64,000 nt of DNA from an uncultured virus (IMG/VR IMGVR_UViG_3300034072_001506) (IMGVR_UViG_3300034072_001506); one strand, 5' to 3'. Counted from the stretch's first letter, positions 1 through 10,810 are shown. A program made the numbers and translations. Notes: a model not told the origin generated them from the sequence alone.

Positions 1-1
1 A

Positions 2-454
2 GTCAGAACCGCTGGTATAAAACATCCAGCCTAGACGATACCAACGATCAGCTTGAAGTGAAGGAACCATATCCAGGGTAAACTGGTTACCATTGTTAGT
101 AGCAGAGCTGACGAGGACAATTTTACCTCTGCTTTGATAAAGAGACCATTCACCCCAGCCTCCTCCAAAAGCTTCGCCGTTGGTAGCAATATATTTGCCA
201 TCCAGAGTGTTGCTACACAGGCATTCGAGTTCAACACTATAGGGTGCCGTAACCTTCCAGTTATTGCTATTCTCAGAAAATCTAATAGCCTGGGTTCCAT
301 TGAAGTTCATGTAATCAGACACTGTAGTGGGTCCAAAGGCGTTGTTCAAAGGAGCCTGTCCACCAGATACCAAATTGGTCCTCGCATTTGTCATACGCAG
401 GATCTGGTTGGTTCTAGTGGTAGTAGTATCGTATGGATGGTAGCTTAAAAGCAT
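2..454 (-). CDS. Virion/tail-associated protein, possible LamG/concanavalin-like domain (runs off window start)
   Basis: Not in ORF track; my translation from ATG 454 (TAATG overlap): MLLSYHPYD...MNFNGTQAIRF...YSVELEC...GEWSLYQ...DRWYRLGWMF, open to the window edge. Confidence 0.6.
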   Translation of the reverse strand, partial: MLLSYHPYDTTTTRTNQILRMTNARTNLVSGGQAPLNNAFGPTTVSDYMNFNGTQAIRFSENSNNWKVTAPYSVELECLCSNTLDGKYIATNGEAFGGGWGEWSLYQSRGKIVLVSSATNNGNQFTLDMVPSLQADRWYRLGWMFYTSGSD

Positions 455-1077
455 TATGGAGTCCCAACGGTTGGATTACCTACTCTAATGTAGGTACATT
501 TTGGTTCAGCGATTTGGCCTCTCTCGGAAATCGCGGTATAGGCGAACGAGTCAAAACCTTCAAAGTCTGGATCTGGACAATAGACAAGATTTAGTCCGTC
601 GTCGGTCAATCTCACAAACCCATTTTGAGGTTCTGACAATACGATTGGTTTACAGAAATAAGCCGCAAACAAATCTCCAGGGCGGGAGGCCCTGGTTCTA
701 GCACCTTGTTCATTTCTGATTTGAATGATATTTTCCGGCGGAAGAAACGGAGCAGTGGCCTCTCGTTCTATTATAATTCTGATATTCCCAGTCTGAGGAT
801 TGTTGAAGACAATCCTATCTCCAATGATTTCATAATCCTCATGAGTGATACCAAAATCATATGAAGCATTCACTAGGCGAAATCCATTTACGTAGATCTC
901 AACCCATTCTTTTATGAGATATGGCGTAAGAAAGAAGATTTCAGTAACAGGTTCGGGAAAGTCATCCTCTTGGATTACCGCGCCTCTTCTGATATTTTCC
1001 TGATTGATCTTGACGTTCAGATTAACAGTATCAACAAACGGTTGAACAAATCTGGCATTCAATAGTTCATAGTCCAT
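454..1077 (-). CDS. Virion structural protein with C-terminal Ig-like (Big_9-like) segment
   Basis: PQNGFVRL...LVYCPDPDFEGFDSFAYT motif; start MDYELL via TAATG coupling. Confidence 0.6.
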   Translation of the reverse strand: MDYELLNARFVQPFVDTVNLNVKINQENIRRGAVIQEDDFPEPVTEIFFLTPYLIKEWVEIYVNGFRLVNASYDFGITHEDYEIIGDRIVFNNPQTGNIRIIIEREATAPFLPPENIIQIRNEQGARTRASRPGDLFAAYFCKPIVLSEPQNGFVRLTDDGLNLVYCPDPDFEGFDSFAYTAISERGQIAEPKCTYIRVGNPTVGTP

Positions 1078-4000
1078 TAGCCGCCTCCAAGTAGCCACTT
1101 GGTACTGAAAAGAGAGCTTTCAATAATAGGGCAAACCAATCCAGTATCTCTTCTAATTATATAACTGAACTTACCCTCTGGCTGCTGGTATGGTTGAACC
1201 ACTAGCCCTGGACGCGCTCCTGCTTGTTCCGCTTCTTCCAGAGTATCAAATGCGCCAAGAGGTTGTAGATTTCTAACCATTAAGTCAGGAACAAAGTTAC
1301 CAACTGGAGCGAGAGCAGCATAGTCCACTAGCGTCTGAGCCACCGCTGATGTTCCATAAAAATGAGACTTGGTGCTGGGTGTAAATGCTGAAGTAATCGT
1401 CACCAACAAGGCAGACTGACTGGTTTCAAATAAACTCTGGCGAGTTATGCCTCTATCAGTTCCCTGGACAGCAATTGAACTCAAGAGAGTAATATTACCT
1501 TGGGTCTCAAGGTTATTACGGTCCCAAGCCATATCAACAAAGTCAAAACTCTCGTCGTGCTGCTTTGCCCATGAAGGATTACCTGTTATCATTACATCAG
1601 GTGATCCGTAGGAGAAGAAAGGAACAAAGTTACGTAAATCATTTTCGATCAGGTGGAAGAATTCTTTCTCCACAACTCTGATTTCTACAGAATACCCGTA
1701 GGCTGGTTCGAAAGCCTCGGAATTGTCGAATAGTCTAAAGGTATCCGAACGATGGTTGTCCCATGGAACAATATTCGAGACTGAAAAAGTATTACTTTCG
1801 TAGCTATCAGGAATACTCAATTGGGCGTCCAGGAGATCAAAAGACTCCTGCCATTGCCCTGGCGCAGCAGGAGTGGGCAGAAGAGCAAACGTTCTTTGCC
1901 AACGACTGCCAGGAGCAGGAGTTTCGCTCTCGGTTTCGGCATCATATCGTAGGGCAGATGAAGAATCAACCAACAGATGTGATAGAGCTGAAGAGACACC
2001 GGGATTAGCAGATTCAGTATCTAGATGATCATATTGATAATATTCCGGCGCAGTCGCATTTAGTTCCTGAAACGACAGAGTTTCATGCTCCATCCACATT
2101 GTATTGAGTAGATAGGTTTCTTGGGCCGCATCAAAATTGATACCAAGTGGAGGATCAACGTTTACTAGACCAAACTCGTATTCTTCGCCATCATCTAGAA
2201 GAACTTTGGCAAAACGATTTTCCCACAGGTTCTTAACGGTATAGGTAGCACGGACTATATCGCCATTTTTGACCAGAGGTCTAGCAGTCAACGCACCACC
2301 ATTTACCGTGAATTCCAGCCCGTCACCAAAGATCTCCACAGAGTATCCATCACTCAAACCAGAAATGGTAGCTTGGCCGTCAGCCTGGGTTGGAAAATCA
2401 GGAATACCAAGTCGAACAAATCCAAAGCTGACATTGTCTGGAGCGCCGTCAACTTGAGTTATACCAATGACCCTATAGTTGACGTTTGGTCCCATGAGGA
2501 TCGTGGAACGTTCATCAAACCACCACGAGCTCATTCGGTTATGAGTTATCTCAACAGTGTCACCAGCAGTCAACGTTGTGGGGAAGGTCAGCTGAGTTCC
2601 ATTCCTAGAAACTGAGGCATAGGTATAGTTGGGAAAATCATAGATACCAGTTTCCTCAACCACAATCGTACTTTTTGTATTCGTTCCAAGATAGTTCTGG
2701 AATCTCTGTGTATCAACATCTCTAGTAGCAGCGGTATTAATAGTCAGAGCAAACTGTGAGTCAGCAATACTCAACATGCTATAGTAGGACGTAGCACCGG
2801 GAGGGACATTGATAGTGACTCGGATTATGTCACCGGCATTCACCGGTGTTGTCCCGTCATAGGTCGCCCCATTCAACCTAGCAGTACCGTGGCTCACCGC
2901 AAAAGGAGCACTCACCACTCTTGGAGGAACAGTAACATCAAAAATGACCTGACTATTCAGGAATTGATTAACGATATTAGCCTGGGTGCTGAATGAGGCA
3001 TTCACATCAGCATTTACTCTAAAATCATAGGCAAAGTTACCAAGAACAACCGCAACTCTTTTTCGACCTTCTTGGCTTCTTGTTATGAGAGAAATTCTGT
3101 TTGAACTATTGAAAGTTGTCGCATCTCTCAAGCCGTTGACCAAAAGAGTAGTTCCTGGTGAGGCCACACATCTTAAATCACTTGCCTGTGTGGTAGCCAC
3201 CACTTCACCAGTTCCCACATCAACATTTACTGGAGCTCTCCATGTTGGAAAGCTAACTCCAGAGATCGGTGGGTTTGCTGGCACAGTCATGGTAAATTCG
3301 CGCATACGATGATGACTATACAGAACCCCTTGGTTCGTTTGCGCAAATGTGGCCTTTTGAGAAAAGGTTCTAGTCAGTGTTGGTGTAGGAGTTCCTACCA
3401 AATTGGTGAATACATCAACTGAAGGACTATCAGCGTATGTGACCGCAACTGAGGTATCTCGATACTCAGATATTGCCCAAGGAAGCTTGGCTCCCATGTT
3501 GACATCTCTCAGAAAGGTACCGTTTGCCGAAAAGACCTTGAGTATATACTCTTCAGTTACTGGAAAGACAAATTCATTCTTAAATGTAGTAGGAGCACCA
3601 ATAGTTGTTCCCTGATACACCGTTTCCAAGGTAGTGCCGTTTAGACGATAAATTCGTCCTGAAGAGCCACAAAACATTGCGGTGGTTCCAAGGGCAACAC
3701 CATATAGAATAGTATCGTTTGGTACCGGGATGATGGCAGAGGTGGTGAACATATCACTCAACACTCTAACGTAGTTTACACCACCTACATAAAGGTTAAT
3801 ACCATCACTGAAAATACTTTTGGCATCGGCGATTGGTGTTACTGTTTTGGAAATGGCTCCAGTATGCAGAATTCTGTGGATATGACCATCCACAAGAAGA
3901 ACATACATTTCCCAATTCAAAGAAGCACCATTATAAAGCTTGGTTATACCCTGTGGTGTATTATCAAGCTGAATGATTCGTCTAGGCAGGTCTTCACCTG

Positions 4001-4466
4001 GCTCATAGTAGACTGCGGTATTATTGGTTTCATTTAAAACAACTGCGGTATCTACTACTCTATTGGTATTTTGTAGAAAGGCTGTTAGGAGTCCTCTTTC
4101 GAAATTTTCGTTAGGTTCCCATCTTCTAGCCAAAAAAGCTTGTGAAACTGGAAAGTCAAACCAAGCTTTACCTCTGAATGCCCTGACTAGTTTTGGATTA
4201 TTGGTTGCTTCTCTGGTAACCACAGCAAAGTGGCTCTGAACTCCATCAAAAGTCCATGGTACGAAGATATAATTATCTGGACCTGGTGCTAAAACATCAA
4301 CAGCAATCGTATCTCCTATCACAAGATTGATAGGACGAGTCGTTACTACCTGTCCGTTTCTACGAACAGTGTATTCCGAACCAATTCCAATTGAACAGAC
4401 TCTATCCGCGGTAAACGAGGAAGTCACAATTGTATTGGGAGTCGCTGTAGAGATTGATCCAAACAT
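1077..4466 (-). CDS. Large beta-rich virion/tail structural protein (1129 aa)
   Basis: Long ORF, T/S/N/V-rich repeated beta-sandwich-like units, in late structural cluster. Confidence 0.6.
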   Translation of the reverse strand: MFGSISTATPNTIVTSSFTADRVCSIGIGSEYTVRRNGQVVTTRPINLVIGDTIAVDVLAPGPDNYIFVPWTFDGVQSHFAVVTREATNNPKLVRAFRGKAWFDFPVSQAFLARRWEPNENFERGLLTAFLQNTNRVVDTAVVLNETNNTAVYYEPGEDLPRRIIQLDNTPQGITKLYNGASLNWEMYVLLVDGHIHRILHTGAISKTVTPIADAKSIFSDGINLYVGGVNYVRVLSDMFTTSAIIPVPNDTILYGVALGTTAMFCGSSGRIYRLNGTTLETVYQGTTIGAPTTFKNEFVFPVTEEYILKVFSANGTFLRDVNMGAKLPWAISEYRDTSVAVTYADSPSVDVFTNLVGTPTPTLTRTFSQKATFAQTNQGVLYSHHRMREFTMTVPANPPISGVSFPTWRAPVNVDVGTGEVVATTQASDLRCVASPGTTLLVNGLRDATTFNSSNRISLITRSQEGRKRVAVVLGNFAYDFRVNADVNASFSTQANIVNQFLNSQVIFDVTVPPRVVSAPFAVSHGTARLNGATYDGTTPVNAGDIIRVTINVPPGATSYYSMLSIADSQFALTINTAATRDVDTQRFQNYLGTNTKSTIVVEETGIYDFPNYTYASVSRNGTQLTFPTTLTAGDTVEITHNRMSSWWFDERSTILMGPNVNYRVIGITQVDGAPDNVSFGFVRLGIPDFPTQADGQATISGLSDGYSVEIFGDGLEFTVNGGALTARPLVKNGDIVRATYTVKNLWENRFAKVLLDDGEEYEFGLVNVDPPLGINFDAAQETYLLNTMWMEHETLSFQELNATAPEYYQYDHLDTESANPGVSSALSHLLVDSSSALRYDAETESETPAPGSRWQRTFALLPTPAAPGQWQESFDLLDAQLSIPDSYESNTFSVSNIVPWDNHRSDTFRLFDNSEAFEPAYGYSVEIRVVEKEFFHLIENDLRNFVPFFSYGSPDVMITGNPSWAKQHDESFDFVDMAWDRNNLETQGNITLLSSIAVQGTDRGITRQSLFETSQSALLVTITSAFTPSTKSHFYGTSAVAQTLVDYAALAPVGNFVPDLMVRNLQPLGAFDTLEEAEQAGARPGLVVQPYQQPEGKFSYIIRRDTGLVCPIIESSLFSTKWLLGGG

Positions 4467-4486
4467 TTACGAATCCCACAAGAGGA

Positions 4487-4513
4487 TATTGGGGGAGTAT
4501 GCCTCCCCCAATA
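4487..4513 (-). terminator. Intergenic hairpin
   Basis: TATTGGGGGAG-tatgc-CTCCCCCAATA inverted repeat. Confidence 0.45.
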
Positions 4514-4516
4514 ATC

Positions 4517-5614
4517 TTAGCTGATACCACCACCTTGCTGTAGAACAAGGATACGCATACCGGTGTTGTTTACACCATTAGCCTGCATTGCCTTGTAAGA
4601 GCGAGGTGTGCTTTCACCATAGACAGTGAGAGGAACATCGGAGAACTGCGAAACAACGTCAGCAGAGGTGATGCCAATCATGTCTAGTTCATGTGGATAA
4701 CGATAACGTGAGGTATTCAGACGCGATGGGAAAGTAACAATATACTTGCCATCTTCGGATAGAGCCACCTGGTTCTGGGAGTTCAAAATACCTTCAGAGT
4801 CAGAAGTCGCAACGTCAGCCTCACGAATAGCACCTGGACGCAAAATATCCTTCTCACGAACAACGAACTGCCAGTAAAGTCCACCAATACCGTTAACACA
4901 GAATACAGGAGCCTTACCAGTGATAAGTGTTTCACCGGTCGTTCTATCAACTGGACGCTGAACCAGAACCCAGTTGAACGAGGCAGAGGTTTCAGTCGTA
5001 ATAGCATCTTCCCAAATACCTAGCCAGATACCGCGGTCACAGATGACCAGTCGATATGACATTGGATAAGCAGGGGAACCGTTAGCGCCTGGGGTAGCAG
5101 CAACACCGTTGGGGTTACCAGTGATGCGGCGAGGACGATTGATGAGACCCTTTTCCGTTTCATCGGTCTGTCCCTGCTGGCTATAAACACCAGATGCGTT
5201 CAGATTTTGAGTGCTGTAGGAACCGTTAGGTGACTTGTCAGCAATTGTAGCGCCTACGTTTCCGGAGAAGTTGAAATAAGCAATTTCACTACCCTGAACC
5301 GCACGATCAAGAGTAATTGTGCCGTTATCCATGAGCTGTAGAGGAGTAGCAACACTCATCCAAGCAAGCTGTGGGTTGACAACATTGAAGGCAACGCGCC
5401 AAGGCTGCTTTTCAGCAACTGAAGCCGCATTCAGTGGATCAACATCCTGACCAGCTTCGAGGATCACCTTGTAGCTATTGGTGACACTAGCTGCGCTGAA
5501 AGGATCAGCGGGAAATTTTTGAACAAAACCATTTGCGATCATGTCAGTTACGACTGCCGCAATAAGATCAGGAGCAGTCAAATATCCGTGACGCTCTACA
5601 ACAAAACCTGGCAT
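4517..5614 (-). CDS. Virion structural protein
   Basis: 365 aa ORF, GGGAGA RBS, CTAAATA motif upstream. Confidence 0.55.
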   Translation of the reverse strand: MPGFVVERHGYLTAPDLIAAVVTDMIANGFVQKFPADPFSAASVTNSYKVILEAGQDVDPLNAASVAEKQPWRVAFNVVNPQLAWMSVATPLQLMDNGTITLDRAVQGSEIAYFNFSGNVGATIADKSPNGSYSTQNLNASGVYSQQGQTDETEKGLINRPRRITGNPNGVAATPGANGSPAYPMSYRLVICDRGIWLGIWEDAITTETSASFNWVLVQRPVDRTTGETLITGKAPVFCVNGIGGLYWQFVVREKDILRPGAIREADVATSDSEGILNSQNQVALSEDGKYIVTFPSRLNTSRYRYPHELDMIGITSADVVSQFSDVPLTVYGESTPRSYKAMQANGVNNTGMRILVLQQGGGIS

Positions 5615-5645
5615 AATTTTCTCCCTATAAGAATGGGCTTTTTGT

Positions 5646-5652
5646 TATTTAG
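5646..5652 (-). promoter_or_regulatory. Putative late promoter CTAAATA
   Basis: Same heptamer upstream of several structural/lysis genes; resembles T4 late TATAAATA. Confidence 0.5.
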
Positions 5653-5678
5653 TGACAAACAGATATCAATTTAACTGT

Positions 5679-6431
5679 TTATGGTTCAACTGGCTCTTCA
5701 GCTGGTGCCGCTACTTCTAACGGTAGATAAGTGATTATCAGAGTAACAGGCCCTTCTGCATCATCTACTGATTCAACGGTAAAGTATATATCGTCAGAAG
5801 GAACTGCGTCGAAATTTGAAAATATCGAGAAGTTCCTGGATCTAAACCTAGATCCGTCAGACAATACCATTGACCCATCATCAACTAGGTGATCCTCCGT
5901 GGCCAGGAATTCATAGGGGTTGGATTCATCTTTAGTCACACTACCAAAGGCTTTGACTTTAACCGGACGGCTTACTTCAAGCTTTAGAACTATACAACTC
6001 ACCGCAAGTTCTAGAACAAACTCAACCGATTCACTTACGGGCAAGCTTTCAATATTATGAATTACAACCTGTCGAGTATTAAGTTGACCACCACCGGAAA
6101 CTTCTTCCCAAACACCATTTTTGCGTCCATAGGTTTTGCCATCTTCGGGCGCATCTTCCTTGATGGCGCCTAGACTCAACTCCTCCCAGGTAACTGATTC
6201 AACAGCATCTGGATTCTCTCTGGATGGAACAACGATTTCAACAACTTGCCAAATCTTGCTATCCTCGGTTGTGAGAACCAGCTGACCTAGCTTTAAATTG
6301 CTGATAGCAATTTGATCTCTAGTTTCAACGTTAGGGACAGATTTGAGTCCTCCCTTGACAAAAGTATCCTCTAATAGATAAAAAGTGCCACCACCTGCTG
6401 GGACAAGCTCAGAAGCAATCTGAAGTGCCAT
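5679..6431 (-). CDS. Virion structural protein
   Basis: 250 aa; DAPEDGKTYGRKNGVW motif typical of phage fibre linkers. Confidence 0.55.
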   Translation of the reverse strand: MALQIASELVPAGGGTFYLLEDTFVKGGLKSVPNVETRDQIAISNLKLGQLVLTTEDSKIWQVVEIVVPSRENPDAVESVTWEELSLGAIKEDAPEDGKTYGRKNGVWEEVSGGGQLNTRQVVIHNIESLPVSESVEFVLELAVSCIVLKLEVSRPVKVKAFGSVTKDESNPYEFLATEDHLVDDGSMVLSDGSRFRSRNFSIFSNFDAVPSDDIYFTVESVDDAEGPVTLIITYLPLEVAAPAEEPVEP

Positions 6432-6441
6432 AAAAGTCTCC

Positions 6442-7836
6442 TTATGGTGTTACGACCCAAGTTTCTGTAAACGTGGTGGAAGCCGGTTTGTTATCTGTTC
6501 TATAGACATAGAATGGAACAGCGGTTCCGTTTATGGTAACGTCGACCTGCAGCGGTCCACTCACACCCCAGAAGCTTCCTGTTCTGCCATTTGGAGCAAG
6601 AGCTGAGTCCCAACCACCTGGGCCGGGTTGACCGTTACCCTTGATATTTGCTTGTGTCATTAGACCATAGCTAACTGGGTAGGCATACCAACCATACTGG
6701 TCAACGCCTTGGCTCAAGGTAAACGTATTGTTTCTGCTTGCGCTTGTTCCTCTTCCACTCAGAGATAGAACAAACGCGCTCCAGTCGGTGGACGTAGGAG
6801 ATGGATTGACGTTGTTGGCGGTTGTTGGATGAGACGCTACACCAAAGAATGGGAAAATCTGAGGAGCAACAATGCTGACGTTTCTGGTAGCATTCAACGT
6901 GATACCACGTTCAGTGAACGTTGCTCTCACGGAACCACTAGTGTTGGTTGATACAACAGGAGCAGTCAGAACGTTATTGTTCAGAGTTCCAATGTTTCCG
7001 CTAGCAATAGACCAGGTAGCTTCGTTGGTTACCACACGAGTAGAACCGTCAGTATAAGTCACTGTGGCAGCATAAGTGCCGGTGCCTGCGCTGTTGATGC
7101 TTGTAGGTCCACTGACTGCCAAGCTCTGGATCTGAAGGGTTCTGATAAGCAGATTTGTCTGAGCCGTGTAGTTTCTGTTACCACTATCAACATAGTTGGC
7201 AGTGACAGTAATTGGGGTATCTACCAGAACATCAGCTGCTGTGAATACACCCTGAAGTGTAATCGTTCCGGCACTTGGAACTGACAAAATATATTCAGTT
7301 GGAATAACAGTTGTCGCCGTGCTCGTCAGCTGATCAATCAGCTCAACAGGCAAGTTGACGGTCTTGGTTCCAAATACCTGTGTAGGCGTTGGTTCAATGA
7401 ATTGGAAAGTCTTGAAATTGAGAAGATCATCAAGAATCTCTTCAATCATGTCACGGATTAGATCGTAGTCTACCACGCCAGCTGGTCCGGCTGGTCCGGC
7501 TGGTCCCTGTGGACCCGCTGGTCCACGCTCACCGGGATCGCCCTTGTCACCCTTGTCACCTTTGGGTCCCTTAGCAATAGTGGCGCTGTCTGTGAATTCT
7601 TGAATTCGCTGTATTGTCGCATCAACAATAGGGGTCGTTACACCAGTGAAGATCTTACCATCACCATTTCGAATAACAATTTCATTGATGGTAGCGGCGC
7701 CCTGTTGTGAGCTAACATTTTGAGCTCTAATTCGTTCAGCATTTTCCGCATCACGATTTGAAGGATCAAGATTAGGAGACTGGCCTAGTGTTGGAAGATA
7801 GGTTCCAGGATTTCCTGGCGTCGGGGTATCAGACAT
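6442..7836 (-). CDS. Fibre protein with collagen-like G-X-Y repeat and Ig-like (Big_2-like) domains
   Basis: [47 protein letters not shown]...ATWS. Confidence 0.75.
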   Translation of the reverse strand: MSDTPTPGNPGTYLPTLGQSPNLDPSNRDAENAERIRAQNVSSQQGAATINEIVIRNGDGKIFTGVTTPIVDATIQRIQEFTDSATIAKGPKGDKGDKGDPGERGPAGPQGPAGPAGPAGVVDYDLIRDMIEEILDDLLNFKTFQFIEPTPTQVFGTKTVNLPVELIDQLTSTATTVIPTEYILSVPSAGTITLQGVFTAADVLVDTPITVTANYVDSGNRNYTAQTNLLIRTLQIQSLAVSGPTSINSAGTGTYAATVTYTDGSTRVVTNEATWSIASGNIGTLNNNVLTAPVVSTNTSGSVRATFTERGITLNATRNVSIVAPQIFPFFGVASHPTTANNVNPSPTSTDWSAFVLSLSGRGTSASRNNTFTLSQGVDQYGWYAYPVSYGLMTQANIKGNGQPGPGGWDSALAPNGRTGSFWGVSGPLQVDVTINGTAVPFYVYRTDNKPASTTFTETWVVTP

Positions 7837-7863
7837 CTCGATCTCCTTAGAGAGGATTTCTGA

Positions 7864-7870
7864 TATTTAG
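7864..7870 (-). promoter_or_regulatory. Putative late promoter CTAAATA
   Basis: Motif ~28 nt upstream of the 7836 start. Confidence 0.5.
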
Positions 7871-7877
7871 CTAAACA

Positions 7878-8141
7878 TTACTTCTTGGTTGTTGGTGCCA
7901 CAAAGGCTGGATTTGTTACTCTATGAAGAGCACCACAGCTAGCGCAATAGAAATCCACTGATCTGAATATCATGTTCTTGGATTCAAATAGAGTTTTGGT
8001 ATTACATTTGTGGCAGGTAAAATTCCAAGGACCAAGATGCATCTGTTGATTGACGTCTGTTACCATAGACACTGCGGGGCGTAAAGCTAGGTCTCCGCGT
8101 GATGACTGAACAGCGTTTGGAAAATGGATAATCTCACCCAT
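7878..8141 (-). CDS. Small zinc-ribbon protein
   Basis: CHKC...CASC; CTAAATA at 8180-8186 upstream. Confidence 0.6.
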   Translation of the reverse strand: MGEIIHFPNAVQSSRGDLALRPAVSMVTDVNQQMHLGPWNFTCHKCNTKTLFESKNMIFRSVDFYCASCGALHRVTNPAFVAPTTKK

Positions 8142-8273
8142 AGCTTACTCACTCTTTACTCCAGTAGGCTGCTCGCAAATATTTAGTGGCTATTTCTAGA
8201 TTGTGAACCACATACTTTGCTCCTGTCTATCTGTGATAACTTGACATCAAAAGAATCCAGCCGTAAATGATGT

Positions 8274-8668
8274 GAGCTTCGTTGGTAATCTGACCTATTA
8301 ACGGATTGCCTAATTCGGCACTGTGGACGAACTTGCGGTTCTAGCTTTGCTTACCAAGAAAGTTCCTACTTGTTGGAAATGACGAGGTTTAAAGAGTGTT
8401 GACGGGGTAGAGGACACCAAACACGTCTGTAGAGAAGCAAGGTTGCTTACTGGAGCCAGGACTTATTCCGCCAGTTATAAGCCAACCCCATAGGTCTTGG
8501 ATTCTGGAGTAGATGGGCGATAGGGACCAATTACTCTTACTCTACCCTATTATTCTTGCTCTAGGGTAAATAGCCCTGGTGCAGAGCAAGAATTCCTACT
8601 CGGTAGACTTAAAGATATTGCGTTTGATGCTAGACATCTAGTAGAGTTGGGTAAGAGAGGATTTACCC
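8274..8668 (+). ncRNA. Putative structured ncRNA or long structured 5' leader
   Basis: No ORF; TTGACA 8241 and TAAATG 8264 upstream; multiple nested helices with G-U pairs on + strand (see findings). Confidence 0.55.
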
Positions 8669-8908
8669 ATGCTCACCTTTTTGGCAAAGCTGATACTGAT
8701 CATCTGTGCAGGTTTATCAGGTCTGAGTTTCCTAATTTTTCTATTGTTTACCCTAGTAGCTGTTGTCATGTTGGTTCATGCTTGGATGGACCATGGACTT
8801 GATTTCAAGGATCGTTTGATGATGACCACAATCCTTGGATTCACAATCGCATGGGGTAGCCTGTTAACATATTTGGCCGGTAGCTTTACGGTGTATTGTT
8901 TGACATGA
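8669..8908 (+). CDS. Small two-TM membrane protein
   Basis: Two long hydrophobic stretches; GAGAGG RBS. Confidence 0.6.
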   Translation: MLTFLAKLILIICAGLSGLSFLIFLLFTLVAVVMLVHAWMDHGLDFKDRLMMTTILGFTIAWGSLLTYLAGSFTVYCLT

Positions 8909-9069
8909 AAAATATTGCTCTTTTGTGCTGCACCGCAATATAGGTGAGACAAGGAGTTCAAAATGTTTCTAGTAGAAGTCATGGTAACGTTCAATCTTGC
9001 TCTCGTTATCGCATACACCACATACGTCGCATATAATACCGGTAAACTGAAGCTGTCGCAGACTGAGGA

Positions 9070-10341
9070 TTGACATCACGTCCTTTCAGTGTAGAAATCA
9101 CACTGAAAGGAACGACTGTGGATCTTCTCAACCAAGTTTGGCGTGATCTTAACAACACGAAAATTTGGAAGAAAGCGCCCGACTCAATTCGCTCTCTTTA
9201 CCGAGAACATTATTCCAACTATCGCAGAATTCTGCCACAGGCTCGACCATTCAATCTGAGTAATCGAGCCTTGGAAGTTGCCTTAGAGATGAGCATGGAC
9301 GGTCCAAACAAAATGGCCGAACGTCTCTTTATGGCAAGGCTACCATTCCCTAAGGTTTGGATTGAACTAGACTTCCATGAGAGGGTCAGGATTGGCGAGA
9401 GACTTGGCATCGCTGGTCCTCTGGATGAAAGCGCCCCCAAACGTTTGGGATGGCTTCTCCAAGAAGATCCTGTGGATCAAAATCGATGGTCAGCAATTAC
9501 ATGGGCATCGGTTGATAATAACTCTCCAGTTCATGTCCCGCACCAAGGTGAAATGTTAACCAGTCCATCTACAGTGGCCTGGCTCGTTGATACTGCCAAT
9601 GAGAACCCTCCAGAAAAAGTTGGGATGGTCAACGGGATAGATAAATCATTCCTTGATGGGTATGTGGAAATCAGCGACAGTGCTGATGAGAAAATAGGCA
9701 AAGAAGCTTGGCGTTCGTTTGCGCATCTAGGCTGGGGATGGAAAGCCGCCAGTCTGAGTGAATCAACCATATCGAGTTTCTATGATCCCATGCGTCAACT
9801 AACAGTTGCTCCGCAGTTGCAGAACAGCATCAACGTTGGATGGGAACCTCTGAGCTATCAGATATGGAAACAGAACCTAGCCACCAGTGATATCAGAAAT
9901 CAGTATGTCACTACTGCTGTAGAATCTCGCGGCGATGTCCGCTTGTTGGTAACATTGTTGGCTTTGATCAACGAAGTTCCAACAATAGAAACTCCTTATG
10001 AGAAAAAGGGTAGTTTCACAGGATCCGGAGGAGCCATCCGCCGATACCTGACTAATAAAACCGTGACTATCAATATCCCTTCAAGGAAGCCGCTGAGACA
10101 AATCAGAAGCTTGTTTTCCAAAAAGATCAAAAGTCGGAAGGCAAGACACGAAGTTCGTGGTCATTGGAGGACGATTGTTCATAAACATGATCACTGGCGA
10201 AAAGAAACGTTACCCGACGGTACCATTGATCGTATTTTTATCAGCAAAGGCCAAGTTGAACGTGTCTGGATCAATAGCCATGAACGTGGAGACGCAGGTG
10301 TTGGCTATGTCAAGCACGATTACCAAGTAGAAAAGAAATGA
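9070..10341 (+). CDS. Hypothetical phage protein with basic C-terminal RHEVRGHWR...WINSHERG motif
   Basis: 423 aa ORF; start uncertain. Confidence 0.6.
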   Translation: MTSRPFSVEITLKGTTVDLLNQVWRDLNNTKIWKKAPDSIRSLYREHYSNYRRILPQARPFNLSNRALEVALEMSMDGPNKMAERLFMARLPFPKVWIELDFHERVRIGERLGIAGPLDESAPKRLGWLLQEDPVDQNRWSAITWASVDNNSPVHVPHQGEMLTSPSTVAWLVDTANENPPEKVGMVNGIDKSFLDGYVEISDSADEKIGKEAWRSFAHLGWGWKAASLSESTISSFYDPMRQLTVAPQLQNSINVGWEPLSYQIWKQNLATSDIRNQYVTTAVESRGDVRLLVTLLALINEVPTIETPYEKKGSFTGSGGAIRRYLTNKTVTINIPSRKPLRQIRSLFSKKIKSRKARHEVRGHWRTIVHKHDHWRKETLPDGTIDRIFISKGQVERVWINSHERGDAGVGYVKHDYQVEKK

Positions 10342-10580
10342 GCAATAAGCTAACACATGAACCCCATATCTTTAGGCTCACTCAGAGCTTCTTGCCGGGA
10401 GGTGGAGTCAACATCATCATAGTCAGCTTTGACGGATCCATAGTTCATATCCTAGAAAATGATGATTACTGGAATAATGAATTCAAATGCGGGGAAAATC
10501 GCATTTATGTCAAAGGACATTGGGATATCTTAGATAACAACATCTATCTGGGCCGCCGTATTGAGGGACAGTCGTGGTAG
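10338..10580 (+). CDS. Hypothetical protein
   Basis: ATGA-coupled ORF. Confidence 0.5.
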   Translation: MSNKLTHEPHIFRLTQSFLPGGGVNIIIVSFDGSIVHILENDDYWNNEFKCGENRIYVKGHWDILDNNIYLGRRIEGQSW

Positions 10581-10780
10581 AACATCCTTTTAGTAAAGTG
10601 TGGCCACACATTATAAAAACGCGCAAGGAAGTCTCAACCGCTGAGATCATGGATTGGGCATTTGAACGAGCTAATTCCATGGGCAAGGAACCCCGTGATA
10701 TCTATACCAGTTTTTCTCTGTTCCACTTTGGCTTCAATGACCGACAGATCGCCATGGAATTCAAACTCCGATTTGGTTGA
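10574..10780 (+). CDS. LFKL-WG family small protein
   Basis: FGFNDRQIAMEFKLRFG. Confidence 0.75.
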   Translation: MVEHPFSKVWPHIIKTRKEVSTAEIMDWAFERANSMGKEPRDIYTSFSLFHFGFNDRQIAMEFKLRFG

Positions 10781-10804
10781 CGTCCTGACCAACTATGCTA
10801 CCAT
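10777..10804 (+). promoter_or_regulatory. Host sigma70-type promoter
   Basis: TTGAC-N15-GCTACCAT. Confidence 0.5.
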
Positions 10805-10810
10805 GTTGGA

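Noticed and set aside
8274..8668. tmRNA, RNase P RNA or group I/II intron
   Set aside because: No tRNA-like T-loop/CCA end, no GAGGAAAGUCC, no recognisable intron core, and no interrupted gene
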